Positions 26,877 to 36,800 of a DNA stretch of 64,000 nucleotides are shown in pieces; position 1 is the first letter of the stretch, and each line of letters begins with the position of its first letter. The stretch spans positions 18,014 to 82,013 of the forward strand of contig CAZRWT010000002.1 in NCBI GenBank assembly GCA_964603955.1, in the 5' to 3' direction. The position numbers and the translations under genes were made by a program. Source of the DNA: an uncultured Syntrophobacteraceae bacterium. GTDB taxonomy: Bacteria > Desulfobacterota > Syntrophobacteria > Syntrophobacterales > Syntrophobacteraceae. The notes under the pieces were generated by a model. The model saw only the letters and a list, made by a program, of their open reading frames with translations. It ran no database searches and had not been told where the DNA came from.

Positions 26877-29126
26877 TCAATATCCCCGGGCCAGGGCGTC
26901 GGCTGCTTCCTTGAGGTCCAGGTACCACTGGTGTTTGGGGCGGCCGCTTTCCGTGTCCATCTCCGCGAAGGCTTCCTCGATAGGTACTTTTTCGATGCCC
27001 CTTCCGCGCAGGCCCATGGCGTACACCTCCGAGTTCCCGTTTTTCAGGACATCGAGCATGTGGAAGGCGGCGTTGGCTCCCAGGCGGCTGGCGAGGATGC
27101 GGTCGAAGGCCGTGGGGAGCCCGCCCCTCTGGACGTGCCCCAGGATGGCGGTGCGCACTTCGAACTGTCCCTTGCTCTCCTCTTCCATGAGCCGCTGAAT
27201 GAAATCCGTGGTGTAGCGCCGGGAGGAATGTTCGTTGCGCATGAAGATGACCATGCGCTTTCCGCCATCGAAGCTCTTTTTGAGTGTCTTGACGTCTTCG
27301 TTGAGTTCGGCCAGGCTGATGCCGTATTCGGGCAGGTAGGCTTTTTCGGCTCCCGTGGCCAGGGCGCTCATGAGCGCCAGGAAGCCGCACCTGCGGCCCA
27401 TGACTTCCACGATGAAGGTGCGGCGGGTGGCCCCCGCCGTGTGGCGGATTTTGTCCGCCGCTTCGACGATGTTGTTCAAGGCCGTGTCCACTCCGATGGA
27501 AAATTCGGTGCCGGGGAGGTTGTTGTCGATGGTCGCGGGCAGGAGGACCATGGGAATGTTGAGTTCGTCGAATTCCCGGCGCCGTTCCACCAGTTGAGCC
27601 ACCTTTCGGTAGGTGCCCCAGCCTCCGATGGCGATGAGTCCCCGGATGTTGTGGCGGCGGATGTTGGCGGCGATTTCCGCGTAGTCGGTTTCCTTGAAAT
27701 CCACGCGGGCCGTTCCGATTTCCGATCCCGGCCGGTTGACCCAGAGCACCAGTTCGTTCCAGTCCAGGGGGGTGAGCCGCCCCTTGATGAGCCCCACGAA
27801 GCCGTCCCGAACACCAAGAACGGAGGCTCCCTGGTTGATGAGGCAGCGGGCCGCCACGCTCACGGCCGTGTTCATTCCCGGAGAATCGGCGCCTCCCGTG
27901 AGGATGGCCACCGTTCCTTCGTGGGTGCATTCCTGGGCGGGGGTGATGCGCGTGAGCGTCTTGACCAGTTCGAGGGTCTGGATGAAGGAGCCGCCGCGCA
28001 ATTCCTGAGCCCTTGCGTAGTTTCCGTTTTCCACTTCCGCCCGGACGGCCTGGCTCTTTTCCACCACCTCGACCAGGGGGGTGGCCACCACGCGATTTTT
28101 GATCAGTCCCAGCATGTGGCAATGGTCGGCATCGGGGGCGTTCACCAGGGTGTCCACGGCTGCCACTCCCAGCCGGGTGGCCATGATGCGGTCGAAGGCG
28201 GTGGGGGCTCCCCCCCGCTGCACATGCCCGAGGACGGTGACGCGAACATCGAGCTTGAGCCTTTCCGCCAGGATTTGCTTGACTTCGTTGGAGCTGATGA
28301 TGAGCCCGTCGGGATGCCTGGCGCCTTCCGCCACGATGACCATGTGGTGGGGGCGGCCGATCTCGCGGGCTCTCTCGATGGACTTCACCATTTTCTGGTG
28401 CCACCGCAGTTCGAGTTCCTCTTCGGGTACCAGGACCCAGGAGGCTCCTCCCGCCAGGGTGGCGCTCAGGGCCAGGTAGCCGCAATGCCTGCCCATGGTT
28501 TCCAGGATGAAAGTGCGCTGGTGGGACGCCGCCGTGGACGCCAGGTTGTCGATGGCCCGCACGATGTGGTTGAGGGCCGTATCGGCTCCGATGGACATGT
28601 CCGTGCCGTGGAGGTCGTTGTCGATGGAGCCCGGCAGGCCGATGACTTTCAGGGAAGGAGGGGGGGCGGCAGGGGCGGTTTCTTCCTCGCCTTCGTCCCG
28701 GCCCTCGTTTTCGCTTTCTTCGTCATCATCCTTGACCAGGCCTTTGGTCAGTGCTTCCACATGCTCCCGCCACTCGTCGGCCAGGACGTGGGCCCCCATG
28801 AGCGACCCGTCGCCTCCCACGACGATCAATGCATCCAGTCCCAACTCGAGCATGTTCCGGACTGCCAGCCTGCGGCCTTCGGGAGACCGGAACTTTTCCG
28901 ACCGGGCGGTGCCCAGGAAGGTGCCTCCCTTTTGGAGTGCCCCTCCCACATCGTTCCACGAGAGGGGTTTGACGGCGTCCCCCCCCTTGACCAGACCTTC
29001 GTACCCGTCGTAAATGCCGTAAATGGTCAGGCCTCTCTGAATGGCTCTTCGAACCACCGCCCTCACGGCCGCGCTCATTCCTGGAGAATCGCCTCCGCTG
29101 GTCATGACCCCCAAGGTTTTGATCAT
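26877..29126 (-). CDS. pfkA: tandem-fused (two-domain) 6-phosphofructokinase, 749 aa
   Basis: The N-terminal half carries GVMTSGGDSPGMSAAVRAVV, VVGGDGS, PGSIDND, MGRHCG and GHVQRGG. The C-terminal half carries a second, degenerate set: ILTGGADSPGMNTAV, IGGWGT, PATIDNN, MGRRCG and GHVQRGG. An acidic insert DDDEESENEGRDEGEEE sits in the N-terminal half. Confidence 0.9.
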   Translation of the reverse strand: MIKTLGVMTSGGDSPGMSAAVRAVVRRAIQRGLTIYGIYDGYEGLVKGGDAVKPLSWNDVGGALQKGGTFLGTARSEKFRSPEGRRLAVRNMLELGLDALIVVGGDGSLMGAHVLADEWREHVEALTKGLVKDDDEESENEGRDEGEEETAPAAPPPSLKVIGLPGSIDNDLHGTDMSIGADTALNHIVRAIDNLASTAASHQRTFILETMGRHCGYLALSATLAGGASWVLVPEEELELRWHQKMVKSIERAREIGRPHHMVIVAEGARHPDGLIISSNEVKQILAERLKLDVRVTVLGHVQRGGAPTAFDRIMATRLGVAAVDTLVNAPDADHCHMLGLIKNRVVATPLVEVVEKSQAVRAEVENGNYARAQELRGGSFIQTLELVKTLTRITPAQECTHEGTVAILTGGADSPGMNTAVSVAARCLINQGASVLGVRDGFVGLIKGRLTPLDWNELVLWVNRPGSEIGTARVDFKETDYAEIAANIRRHNIRGLIAIGGWGTYRKVAQLVERRREFDELNIPMVLLPATIDNNLPGTEFSIGVDTALNNIVEAADKIRHTAGATRRTFIVEVMGRRCGFLALMSALATGAEKAYLPEYGISLAELNEDVKTLKKSFDGGKRMVIFMRNEHSSRRYTTDFIQRLMEEESKGQFEVRTAILGHVQRGGLPTAFDRILASRLGANAAFHMLDVLKNGNSEVYAMGLRGRGIEKVPIEEAFAEMDTESGRPKHQWYLDLKEAADALARGY

Positions 29127-29169
29127 GATAAAGACCCCCTCATGGTGAAAGTGTAATCTGGTTTTTGCT

Positions 29170-29260
29170 TCTCGTTCCCAAGCGGAGCTTGGGAACGAGG
29201 GAACGAGCTGCTTTTGGTTCCCAGGCCGGAGCTTGAGAATCGGAGGAAAAATTTACACAT
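29170..29260 (+). repeat. MITE-like element, copy C (degenerate, right-end half)
   Basis: TCTCGTTCCCAAGCGGAGCTTGGGAACGAG ... GGTTCCCAGGCCGGAGCTTGAGAA ... AAATTTACACATGG matches the right arm and terminus of the family. Confidence 0.6.
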
Positions 29261-29687
29261 GGAGTACTATGACAGTATTGAAGGCTCAGCTCAACTCATT
29301 TCAGATGGGGGACGAGTTTCCATGACAGCTGCCGATCTCATGGGGGTGCAGGAAAATCCATGTGCTTTTCTTATCAAGCAGCTTGACTTGAATGATGCAA
29401 CTGGTTTAAGAAACGGTTTGAATTCTCAGATGGTGTGAGCTTGCTCCATGCTCTTATATATTTTGTCGGTGAGTCGAAATTTCCAGGTGTTTCTCATGGC
29501 TGCCGGGTGTGAGAGCGAAGAGCAGGAGTGGAAATTTTCCCATTTCCCTTACGAGGTGTCCGGTTTGTCCATTGTCTGCTTCCCCATTATCAGATCATGC
29601 GAAGGGTTGACGTGATTTTTTTGGTCGGGCGGCAGTGGCTGGGGCTCTCGTGTTTCGAGGGGAATGGGTTTTTTTATGGTTTTGTTT

Positions 29688-29703
29688 TGTGATTGTAATC
29701 ACA
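29688..29703. promoter_or_regulatory. perfect TGTGA-N6-TCACA palindrome (CRP/FNR- or Rex-type operator candidate) about 100 nt upstream of hdrA-like gene 1
   Basis: Read directly: tt TGTGATTGTAATCACA tt, with 7-bp arms TGTGATT/AATCACA. Confidence 0.45.
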
Positions 29704-29802
29704 TTAGCAATATGCGCAAACTTCAAACGTTTTTTGTAAGGAGCAGGATATTTTCAACTCGAGGCAACAGCGGGCCTTCTCAAAAGTTCCCTTACGGAGT
29801 GG

Positions 29803-32800
29803 ATGTTCATGAATGAAAAAAAAGCATCTCAGCCAGTAACTGGCGCGGTAATGGTGGTTGGAGGCGGTATCGCCGGGGTGCAGTCGGCTCTCGATCTGGC
29901 GGAGTCGGGCTACTACGTTTACCTGGTGGAAAACAGCCCTTCCATTGGTGGTGTGATGGCGCAGTTGGACAAGACTTTTCCGACCAACGACTGTTCCATG
30001 TGTATCCTTTCCCCCAAGCTGGTGGAAGGGGGCCGTCACCTCAACATTAAACTCATGACCCTGTGCGATGTGGAAGCCCTCGATGGAGAGGCCGGCAATT
30101 TCACCGTGACGGTGAAGGAACGCCCGAGATACATCGATACGACAAAGTGCATCGCCTGCGGGGTCTGTGCCGAAAAGTGCCCCAAGAAGGTCGAGGACAC
30201 CTTCAATGAAGGCCTGGGACCTCGCAAGGCGGCTTACGTCAAGTATCCCCAGGCGGTTCCTCTCAAGTATGCCATCGACGAGGACAACTGTATTTATTTC
30301 AAAAACGGCAAGTGCCGCGCCTGTGAAAAGTTCTGTCCCGCCGGTGCTGTTGATTTCAATCAGAAGCCTCAGACGCACACCGTCCAGGTGGGTTCCGTCA
30401 TTCTCGCCCCCGGCTTCAAGGCCTTCAGCCCCGAAGTCTATGATACCTACGGTTTCGGGAAATATCCCAACGTGATCACCAGCATGCAGTTTGAGCGCAT
30501 CCTGAGTGCTTCGGGTCCCTTCGAAGGCCACCTGGTGCGTCCTTCCGACAAGAAGGAGCCCAAAAAGATTGCCTGGCTCCAGTGCGTGGGGTCCCGCGAC
30601 ATCCACCATGGGGCTCACGGCTACTGTTCCGGCGTGTGCTGTATGTACGCCATCAAGGAAGCGGTCATCGCCAAGGAGCATTCCAAGGAAGGGCTCGATA
30701 CGGCCATCTTCTTCATGGACATGCGCACTTACGGCAAGGATTTCGAGCGCTATTACAACCGGGCCAAAGGAGAGACGGGGGTACGCTTCATCCGGTCCCG
30801 TATCCACAGTGTGGCCACCCTTCCCGGTACCGATGACCTGGTGCTCGAATATGCCGACGAAAACGGTCAGCTTCAAAGTGAAGTCTTCGACATGGTGGTT
30901 TTGTCCATCGGCCTGGAAATCGGCGACGAACTGAAGAAAATGGCGGAAAGAATCGGAGTGGGGCTCGATGCCGATGGGTTTGCGCAAACGAGCTGCTTCA
31001 CGCCCGTGGCCACTTCGAAAGAAGGTGTTTTCGCCTGTGGCGCCTTTTCCGGTCCCAAGGACATTCCCTACTCGGTCATGGAAGCATCCGCGGCATCTGC
31101 GGCATCCGCCGCCCTGCTTTCTTCCGTGCGGGGCACCCTCACCCAGGAAAAGACCTACCCGGCCGAGGAGGATGTGGAAAAAGAAGAGCCGCGTGTCGGT
31201 GTTTTTGTCTGCCATTGCGGCATCAACATCGGCAGCGTGGTGAATGTTCCAGGGGTGAAGGAATATGCCCGGTCCCTCCCCGGAGTGGCTTACGTGGCGG
31301 AAAACCTTTTCACCTGTTCGCAGGACACGCAGCAGATCATTCGCGATGCCATCAAGGAACACAAGCTCAACCGCGTAGTGGTGGCGGCCTGTACGCCCCG
31401 CACCCATGAGCCCCTCTTCCAGGAAACCATCCGCGAGGCGGGCCTCAACCGTTATCTTTTTGAACTGGCCAACATTCGCGACCAGGATTCCTGGGTGCAT
31501 CAGGCCGAACCCGAAAAGGCCACGGAAAAGGCCAAGGACCTGGTGCGCATGGCGGTGGCCAAGGTGGCGTTGCTCGAACCTATCGAGCGCATGAGGGTCG
31601 ATTTGAACCAGGATGCCCTGGTGATCGGCGGTGGTGTTTCGGGCATGAGCGCCGCCGTGAACCTGGCGGACCAGGGCTTCAAGACCTACCTTGTCGAGGA
31701 AAAGCCCGAACTTGGCGGCCATGCCCTCAAGGTGCATAAGACCTGGAAAGGCGAAGATGTTGCTTCCTACGTCAAGGCACTGGTGGACAAGGTCGAAAAG
31801 CATGCCAATATCGAGGTGCTCAAGGGCGCCAAGGTGACCGATGTTTCCGGCTTCGTGGGGCAGTTCAAGACCACGGTGCAGACCGACGGCGCGGCTCGCG
31901 AATTGGAGCACGGGGTGGCCATTATCGCCACGGGCGCTCATTCCCTGGCTCCCGATCTGTACCTCTACGGTCAAAATGATCGCGTGAGCCGCTGGCACGA
32001 CTTGCAAAAAATGCTTGAGGAAGACCCCAAAAAGCTGGACGAGGCGGAAGCTGTGGCCTTCATCCAGTGTGTAGGGTCCCGCGAACCCGAACGTCCCTAC
32101 TGCTCGAAAATCTGCTGTACCGCTTCGGTGCAACAGGCACTGGACCTCAAGGCGAAAAAGCCGGACCTGGATGTTTACATCCTGTATCGCGACATGCGTA
32201 CTTACGGCGGACGGGAAGACCTGTACAAAAAGGCCCGCGAGCAGGGCGTTCTTTTCATTCGTTTCAACCAGGATGAAAAGCCGACCGTGGAAGCCGTGAA
32301 GGACGGCGGCAAGGAAAAATTGCGGCTCACCGTCAAGGACCATATCCTGGGGCGTCCCATCAAGATCGATGTGGATTACCTCAACCTGGCCACGGCCATC
32401 ATTCCCAAGGGCCAGGAAGAGCTGGCCAAGTTCTTCAAGGTGCCCCTCAATGAAGACGGCTTCTTCCTGGAAGCCCACATGAAACTGCGCCCGGTGGATT
32501 TTGCCACGGACGGCGTGTTCATTGCCGGTCTGGCGCATTATCCCAAGCCCATCGAGGAGTCCATCGCCCAGGCCCAGGCGGCGGCGGCTCGGGCATCGAG
32601 CGTGCTGGCCAAGCCCTATGTCGAGGTCGAGCCGGTTGTTTCCGTGGTGAACCAGGATATGTGTATCGGCTGCGGACTCTGTGAAGCTTCCTGTCCCTTC
32701 GGGGCCATTCGGCTGCACAAAATCGTCGGCAAGGGGTATCGAGCTGAAACCATTTCCGCATCCTGCAAGGGCTGCGGTGTTTGCGCCGCGTCGTGTCCCA

Positions 32801-32877
32801 TGAAAGCCATCGACATGATGCATTTCCGTGACCGTCAAATCTGTGCTGCGATTCGTGCGGGTGGTGCACGTCAATAG
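29803..32877 (+). CDS. hdrA: large HdrA-like flavoprotein (internally duplicated HdrA core; HdrL-like), Cys form
   Basis: 1024 aa. First FAD site VVGGGIAGVQSALDLAESG; second dinucleotide site VIGGGVSGMSAAVNLADQG. Two copies of the HdrA cluster motif are present: CVGSRDIHHGAHGYCSGVCC and CVGSREPERPYCSKICC. Several ferredoxin-type CxxCxxCxxxCP motifs. Confidence 0.88.
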   Translation: MFMNEKKASQPVTGAVMVVGGGIAGVQSALDLAESGYYVYLVENSPSIGGVMAQLDKTFPTNDCSMCILSPKLVEGGRHLNIKLMTLCDVEALDGEAGNFTVTVKERPRYIDTTKCIACGVCAEKCPKKVEDTFNEGLGPRKAAYVKYPQAVPLKYAIDEDNCIYFKNGKCRACEKFCPAGAVDFNQKPQTHTVQVGSVILAPGFKAFSPEVYDTYGFGKYPNVITSMQFERILSASGPFEGHLVRPSDKKEPKKIAWLQCVGSRDIHHGAHGYCSGVCCMYAIKEAVIAKEHSKEGLDTAIFFMDMRTYGKDFERYYNRAKGETGVRFIRSRIHSVATLPGTDDLVLEYADENGQLQSEVFDMVVLSIGLEIGDELKKMAERIGVGLDADGFAQTSCFTPVATSKEGVFACGAFSGPKDIPYSVMEASAASAASAALLSSVRGTLTQEKTYPAEEDVEKEEPRVGVFVCHCGINIGSVVNVPGVKEYARSLPGVAYVAENLFTCSQDTQQIIRDAIKEHKLNRVVVAACTPRTHEPLFQETIREAGLNRYLFELANIRDQDSWVHQAEPEKATEKAKDLVRMAVAKVALLEPIERMRVDLNQDALVIGGGVSGMSAAVNLADQGFKTYLVEEKPELGGHALKVHKTWKGEDVASYVKALVDKVEKHANIEVLKGAKVTDVSGFVGQFKTTVQTDGAARELEHGVAIIATGAHSLAPDLYLYGQNDRVSRWHDLQKMLEEDPKKLDEAEAVAFIQCVGSREPERPYCSKICCTASVQQALDLKAKKPDLDVYILYRDMRTYGGREDLYKKAREQGVLFIRFNQDEKPTVEAVKDGGKEKLRLTVKDHILGRPIKIDVDYLNLATAIIPKGQEELAKFFKVPLNEDGFFLEAHMKLRPVDFATDGVFIAGLAHYPKPIEESIAQAQAAAARASSVLAKPYVEVEPVVSVVNQDMCIGCGLCEASCPFGAIRLHKIVGKGYRAETISASCKGCGVCAASCPMKAIDMMHFRDRQICAAIRAGGARQ

Positions 32878-32963
32878 ATATCGATAGATAGCTGTTTTTT
32901 GAACCTCTTGAATCCTCCGGGGCCTTGCGGGGCTCCGGAGCCCCATGAAACAGGAGATGTGAA

Positions 32964-33722
32964 ATGAGTCAAACTTTCGAGCCGAAGATTCTGGCCTTCC
33001 TATGCAACTGGTGTGCATATGCCGGGGCCGACCTGGCGGGCGTGTCCCGCTTTCAATACCCGCCGACCATCCGGGTCATCCGCACCATGTGCTCGGGCCG
33101 CGTCGATCCCACTCACGTGGTGGAGGGGTTGAAGAGCGGCTTTGACGGTGTCTTCGTCTTTGGTTGACACCTCGGCGACTGTCATTACCTGGAAGGTAAT
33201 GTTTATACCCAGAAGCGTATGCGCGTTGTGTCCCGGTTGCTGGAACTGGCCGGTATCGGCAGTGACAGGATGCACCTGAGATGGGTGAGTGCCGCGGAGG
33301 GACAGATTTTCGCGGATTTTGTAAAGGAATTGAGCGCTGTCATCGGTGAAAAGGGCCCCTTCGATCCCAAGGAGCATCAGTTGAAGCTGGCCGCTGTGGA
33401 GGGAGCATTGAATTCTCCTCGCCTCAGGTGGCTTTTGGGCATGGATCGGCAGCTCACCGAGCGGGAGAATGTGTATCACCATAAGTTGGACGATGCGGCT
33501 TATGAGAAGCTGGTGGATCAGGCGACGGAAGAAGAGTATCAGAAAGCCATGATCCTGGAGGTTCTCAAGGATGGGCCGCAATCAGTGCGCGAAATCGCAG
33601 GCAAGAGCGGGCTGCCGATTTACACGGTGTCTCAGCTGCTCGGTGACATCGAAAAGGCCGGTAAAATCGAGTTTCACGGCTACGAAGGGACCACACCGAA
33701 GTTCATCAGGCTGGCGGCATAG
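32964..33722 (+). CDS. mvhD: MvhD-like protein with in-frame UGA (probable Sec at 33165..33167) and C-terminal winged-helix-like extension
   Basis: Track ORFs 32964..33167 and 33219..33722 share a frame, and the only stop between them is this TGA. VFVFG-TGA-HLGDCHYLEGN aligns to VWVSGCHPGDCHYIEGN of the paralog at 37032. The C-terminal region is ILEVLKDGPQSVREIAGKSGLPIYTVSQLLGDIEKAGKIEF. Confidence 0.8.
33183..33201 (+). other. putative bacterial SECIS-like hairpin for UGA 33165
   Basis: CATTACC tggaa GGTAATG: a 7-bp perfect stem starting 15 nt after the UGA, with a GG-containing loop. Confidence 0.55.
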
Positions 33723-33845
33723 GTCCGCGTGGTTTGTGTGATGGGGCGGACGCCGCGAGGGGAGGGGGCTTCGATACAGGTTCCCGGTCTTCGGGGTGCT
33801 GCCCGTAAACGCTAAAGTAGCAGAGGAAACGACAGCAGGATAAAA

Positions 33846-36800
33846 ATGATGAACGCTAGCAATAACAATAAAGTCGGCGCTGTAATGGTCGTCGGAGCCG
33901 GCATCGCCGGCATGCAGGCGGCCCTGGACCTGGCAGATTCAGGTTATTACGTCCATCTCGTGGACCGCTCACCCACCGTGGGCGGGATCATGGCTCAGCT
34001 GGACAAGACGTTCCCGACCAACGACTGTGCCATGTGAGTCATCTCACCCAAACTGGTCGAGGTCGGCCGGCATCATAATGTAAATATCATCACCAACTCT
34101 TCCGTTGATTCTCTGGAGGGGGAAGCTGGAAACTTTACGGCAAAGCTCAAAACTCAACCGAGGTACATCGATCCGCTGCGCTGCACCGGTTGCGGCGACT
34201 GCGCCAAGGTGTGCCCCGTGACAAGCGTCAACGAGCACAACTGTGGACTGGACAAGCGTGCGGCTACCTATATCCGCTATGCTCAGGCCGTGCCCCTGGT
34301 TTTTGCCATCGATACGGACATCTGTATCGGGTGCGGCCTTTGTGAAAAAGTGTGTCTGGCCCAGGCCATCAAGTACGACGATCAGGCCCGCTACACCGAA
34401 GTGAAGATCGGGTCCGTCATTTTGGCCACCGGTAACGACGTGTTCGATCCTTCTCATTTCGATACCTACAGCTACGCTCAACTTCCCAACGTGATCACCA
34501 GTATGGAGTTCGAGCGTATTCTCAGTGCTTCCGGTCCTTATATGGGCCATCTCATGCGGCCCTACGACCGGGAAGAGCCCAGAAAGGTCGCCTGGTTGCA
34601 ATGCGTGGGTTCCCGAGACACGCACCACTGTGACAATCCCTACTGTTCGGGCGTGTGTTGTATGTATGCCATCAAGGAAGCCGTCATCGCCAAGGAGCAT
34701 TCGCACAGCGGCATGGAGGCGTCCATCTTCTATATGGACATGCGCACTTACGGAAAAGACTTCGAGCAGTATTACGACAAGGCCAAGGAAGAAGGCGTGC
34801 GATTTATCCGGTCGCGCGTCCATTCGGTGGAACCGGTGGGGGATGGAGACCTCGAAATCACCTATGCGGATGAAACCGGCCAGGTCAAGCAGGAAGTGTT
34901 CAACCTGGTGATCCTTTCCGTAGGGTTCCAGGTAGGGAAGGAAGGCATCGAGCTTGCTGAAAAGCTTGGTATCGACCTCAATGAAAACCGTTTCGTCAAA
35001 ACCGACAGTTTCACCCCCGTGGCCACTTCGCGGGAAGGTGTGTATGTCTGCGGAACCTTCCAGGGTCCCAAGGACATTCCCCAGTCCGTGATGGAAGCAT
35101 CGGCGGCGGCGTCGGCATCCAGCCTCCTTTTGAGCGACGCGCGCTGGACCGAAGCCACGGTCAAGGAAAAGCCCACGGAAAGAAATATCATCGGTGAACG
35201 CCCCCGCATCGGCGTGTTTGTGTGCCAGTGCGGTATCAACATCGGCGGCATCGTGAACATTCCCAAGGTGCGGGAATATGCCCGTACCCTGCCTTATGTG
35301 ACTTATGTGGAAGACAATCTCTATACCTGTTCCCAGGACACCCAGGTGAAAATGGCCCAGGTGATCAAGGAACAGGGGATCAACCGCGTGGTGGTGGCTG
35401 CCTGTACGCCTCGTACTCACGAGCCTCTCTTCCAGGAGACTCTGGCCAACGCGGAACTGAACAAGTACCTCTTTGAAATGGCCAACATTCGAAACCAGGA
35501 TTCCTGGGTGCATTCGGGCGATCCCGTGAAAGCCACGGAGAAAGCCATGGACCTGGTGCGCATGGCCGTTTCCAAGGTAGCCCTCCTCGAACCCCTCAAG
35601 GAATCGGAACTGGGAGTGACGAGGAAGGCCATGGTGGTCGGCGGCGGTGTTGCCGGCATGGTGGCGGCCAAGGAACTGGCGGACCAGGGGTATCCCGTGT
35701 ACCTCGTGGAGAGGTCTGCACAGTTGGGCGGCCAGGCGAGGAAGCTGTTCCAGACCTGGAGGGGCGAGAGCATCCCGGCCTATGTGGATGAGCTGGCCAA
35801 AGAAGTGGAAAACCACCCCAACATCACGCTTTACCTGAACAGTGAACTGAAAAACGTGGACGGGTTTGTAGGGAATTTCAAGTCTACCATTCAAAACGGC
35901 GGTGAACCGGAACTCGTCGAGCACGGGGTCACCATCATCGCCACGGGTGGTCGAGAACTGCAACCCGAGGAATATTGCTATAAAAAACATCCCCGTATCG
36001 TGACGCATCAGGAACTGGATCAGCGGTTCGCTGAGAAAGATCCCAGTCTCAAGAGCATCAACAGTGCCGTTTTCATTCAGTGCGTGGGCTCGCGAGAACC
36101 TGACCGTCCCTATTGCAGCCGAGTTTGCTGCACCCATTCCGTGGAGAGCGCTCTCGAGCTGAAAAAGCTCAATCCCGAAAGTGATGTGTATGTGCTCTAC
36201 CGGGATATGCGGACTTACGGGGAACGTGAATTGATTTACCAGGAAGCCCGCAAGAAAGGTGTGATCTTCATCCGCTACTCCCTGGACAACAAGCCCCAGG
36301 TGGAAGTGGTGAACGACAAGGTCCAGGTGACCGTGTTCGATCCCATCCTTCAGCGGCCCATCCGTGTGGTGAGTGACCTGGTGACGCTGGCGACGGCCAT
36401 CCTTCCCAATGAAACCGATGCCCTGTCTCAGTTTTTCAAGGTACCGGTCAACGCGGAAGGGTTTTTCATCGAGGCCCATGCCAAGCTGCGTCCCGTGGAT
36501 TTCTCCACGGACGGTGTGTTTTTATGCGGTCTGGCCCACTATCCCAAGGCCATTGACGAGAGCATCGCTCAGGCCAAGGCTGCGTCGGCCCGCGCCGCGA
36601 CCCTCCTGGCTCGCGACTCGATTTTCTTCAGTGGGATGGTGGCCTACACGAGGCCCATCGATTGCAGCAGCTGCGGGGTTTGTGTGAGCATCTGCCCGTT
36701 CAGTGCGCCGCGTTTCATCGAGACGGGGCGGGATGCGGGCAAGGCGGAAATCAACCCGGCTCTTTGCAAGGGCTGCGGGCTTTGCGTGGCTTCGTGCCGT

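Noticed and set aside
29214-29438. 74-aa ORF downstream of MITE copy C. A possible 59-aa product begins MEYYDSIEGSAQLISDGG..., preceded by GGAGG about 13 nt upstream.
   Set aside because: - The first part is repeat-derived.
- The RBS spacing is poor.
- There are no recognisable motifs.
- Kept only as a low-probability small protein.
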